Assembly: GCA_010093815.1 (NCBI GenBank)
Contig: ML996578.1
Length of the DNA: 64,000 nt
DNA from: Pseudovirgaria hyperparasitica
Taxonomy: Eukaryota
Reading direction: 5' to 3' (one strand)
In this document: piece by piece, positions 62,523 to 64,000 of the stretch
Numbering within the stretch: the first letter of the stretch is position 1
Layout: every line of letters starts with the position of its first letter
Made by a program: the position numbers and the translations under genes
Notes under the pieces: model-generated
What the model was told of the DNA's origin: nothing
What the model saw: only the letters and a program-made list of their open reading frames with translations
Database searches by the model: none

Positions 62523-63094
62523 ATACCTTTAGAACCCTAGGAAAGTAGCCTTGAATTTAAGGCTGCTTGCAGCCTGCCGGCCGCAGGCCACCCTAGTCTA
62601 GAATAAATATGACGACTTTCGTCGGAGATGGTTCGGCGACTGATATCTTCTTTGAGATCTGCCAATTTCATGGTCCCCCTAATAGTTTGCGCCTTTCACG
62701 GAATTTAGTGCGCGAGCTTCATCCATGGATTTTCAACTGTTTAGTGCTAATCCTGGCGCTCCGAACGGATTTCTGAAATGGCTCACCAATCAAGCACAAG
62801 CTTTTCGAGGAGTATGTTGCGCATGCTGCCGTGTTGCGTCAGTGAATCGACCATAGTAAGTATGGTGCGTACCCTGGTCATAGACCTACGTATTCTTATC
62901 CATGGTTTGATGGCTATGGTGCTTTGATACCTCAGGTGCGCTCTGAAGGTGATGTTACGGTATATATTCTTGCTTTTCTCCTCGGATTCTTTATTCATCA
63001 TAACATAAACATTCTTATTTGCTCGTATCAAGTCAAAAAACTCAAACACACGGTAATCACAAGATCGAATCCAGAATAGGATCCTCCCTTAAAG

Positions 63095-63757
63095 ATGGCC
63101 AGGCCCAGCCCGAAATCTTTACATACCCGATCAGTCAAGTCAACAAACAGTAAATCTAAAGGCACGAAAGGTTCAGCCCCAGACATCCCATCAGATACTT
63201 CAGCAGCTATACCGGCTGTGGGACTACACAGTACAGCTAAGCCGGTCAAACGGCGAGCAATCTCCGTCGCTGAATGGAGCAAATTACGAGCTGCGAAGTT
63301 GGCAGAGCGTAAATCTGAAGGTACGGTGCGTTCAATGTTAGACGTCCCATCTGACAGATCAGCAGTTCTGTCAGCTGTAGAGCCGCAGAATACGCCTCTC
63401 CCACTCACACGACCATCAATCTCTGTTGATAGACGTAACGTTTTACGGCCGGCCGGACGTGCGAATGGTCGTTCTATTGAGCTCGAACGATCACATGTTG
63501 GGTATATAGAAGAGCAGGAAGGAGAGAGGTACGAGACCGACTCTGACGCGTCTGAGGATGAAAGTCGCGTTGAGGATAAGGATATGGACGGCCTCACATT
63601 TAACCAGCGGCAAATCCTCTACTTTCGATGTCTTACATACGAAGAGAAGAGACAACGCCTGATACAGTGGGGAGTCCCTTGGTCAAGCTCTTGGTGGCGC
63701 AGGATATACCAAGTGGACGTGGCATCCCAAGCTCCTAGCGGCATACAGCCTAGCTAA
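63095..63757 (+). CDS. Hypothetical protein (220 aa, basic and disordered, with an acidic patch)
   Basis: ATG-initiated ORF with no RIP signature and no recognisable domain. Confidence 0.35.
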   Translation: MARPSPKSLHTRSVKSTNSKSKGTKGSAPDIPSDTSAAIPAVGLHSTAKPVKRRAISVAEWSKLRAAKLAERKSEGTVRSMLDVPSDRSAVLSAVEPQNTPLPLTRPSISVDRRNVLRPAGRANGRSIELERSHVGYIEEQEGERYETDSDASEDESRVEDKDMDGLTFNQRQILYFRCLTYEEKRQRLIQWGVPWSSSWWRRIYQVDVASQAPSGIQPS

Positions 63758-64000
63758 TTCATATACAGCCTGGTTAGTTCATGTAAACCCTGTTTCATAT
63801 ACAAACTGTGTGTCCAATGGACCGCATCTGTGCTTGTTGCCATGAATTAGGGAGTTGAAGGCATTAAGAATAGCGATCACACGTTTGTTTCGCCTTCTGC
63901 TTAACGTCTGAAGGCTATAATACAAAGGGTGGTGTCATGATTTGTACTTAGAGTCCGGACTTCACGCTACTCGAGGTAGTTGTTTCCGTACCATTAGCAT

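Larger units (their letters stand above)
54095..62596 (+). mobile_element. Helitron (rolling-circle transposon), apparently full length, inactivated by RIP
   Basis: 5' end A|TCTATATAAAT at 54094/54095. 3' GC-rich hairpin GCCTGC-cggcc-GCAGGC (62572-62588), then CTAG|T at 62593-62597. Internal Rep-Helicase remnants and a strong TpA excess throughout. Confidence 0.88.

Noticed and set aside
63028..63597. 189-aa minus-strand ORF
   Set aside because: Overlaps the longer ATG-initiated plus-strand ORF 63095-63757 and looks like its shadow.
1..64000. tRNA, rRNA, snRNA genes, CRISPR arrays or a secondary-metabolite cluster
   Set aside because: None recognised by eye, and there is no PKS/NRPS/terpene backbone gene. 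tRNAscan-SE and Infernal would be needed to exclude small RNAs.

Overview
Gene-dense window from a filamentous ascomycete genome (Pezizomycotina, possibly Dothideomycetes, judged from short GT-AG introns with CTRAY branch sites and RIP-type mutation). About 20 protein genes are supported: a class I/II aminotransferase (partial), an MFS transporter, a GH32 invertase, U2AF1, a LicD/MNN4-like protein, a GPR1/FUN34/YaaH acetate transporter, BolA, an ACSF3-like acyl-CoA synthetase, NPT1, SSO1 syntaxin, a cytochrome b5-acyl-CoA dehydrogenase, a GH92 mannosidase, a MARVEL protein, HUS1, MSS1/MnmE, MAK16, Bys1, a DCAF4-like WD40 protein, a long coiled-coil protein and an ER FKBP. An apparently complete but RIP-destroyed 8.5 kb Helitron (about 54095-62596) carries an antisense, intron-containing Cys-rich cargo gene. 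The most striking unexplained element is at 40580-41272. After about 5.6 kb with no recognisable gene, a TATA box and a 428-nt ATG-free leader precede three regularly spaced starts, each encoding MGR(D/G)GYN with synonymous differences between copies. This looks like a polycistronic micropeptide gene. All exon models were read by eye and no database searches were run.
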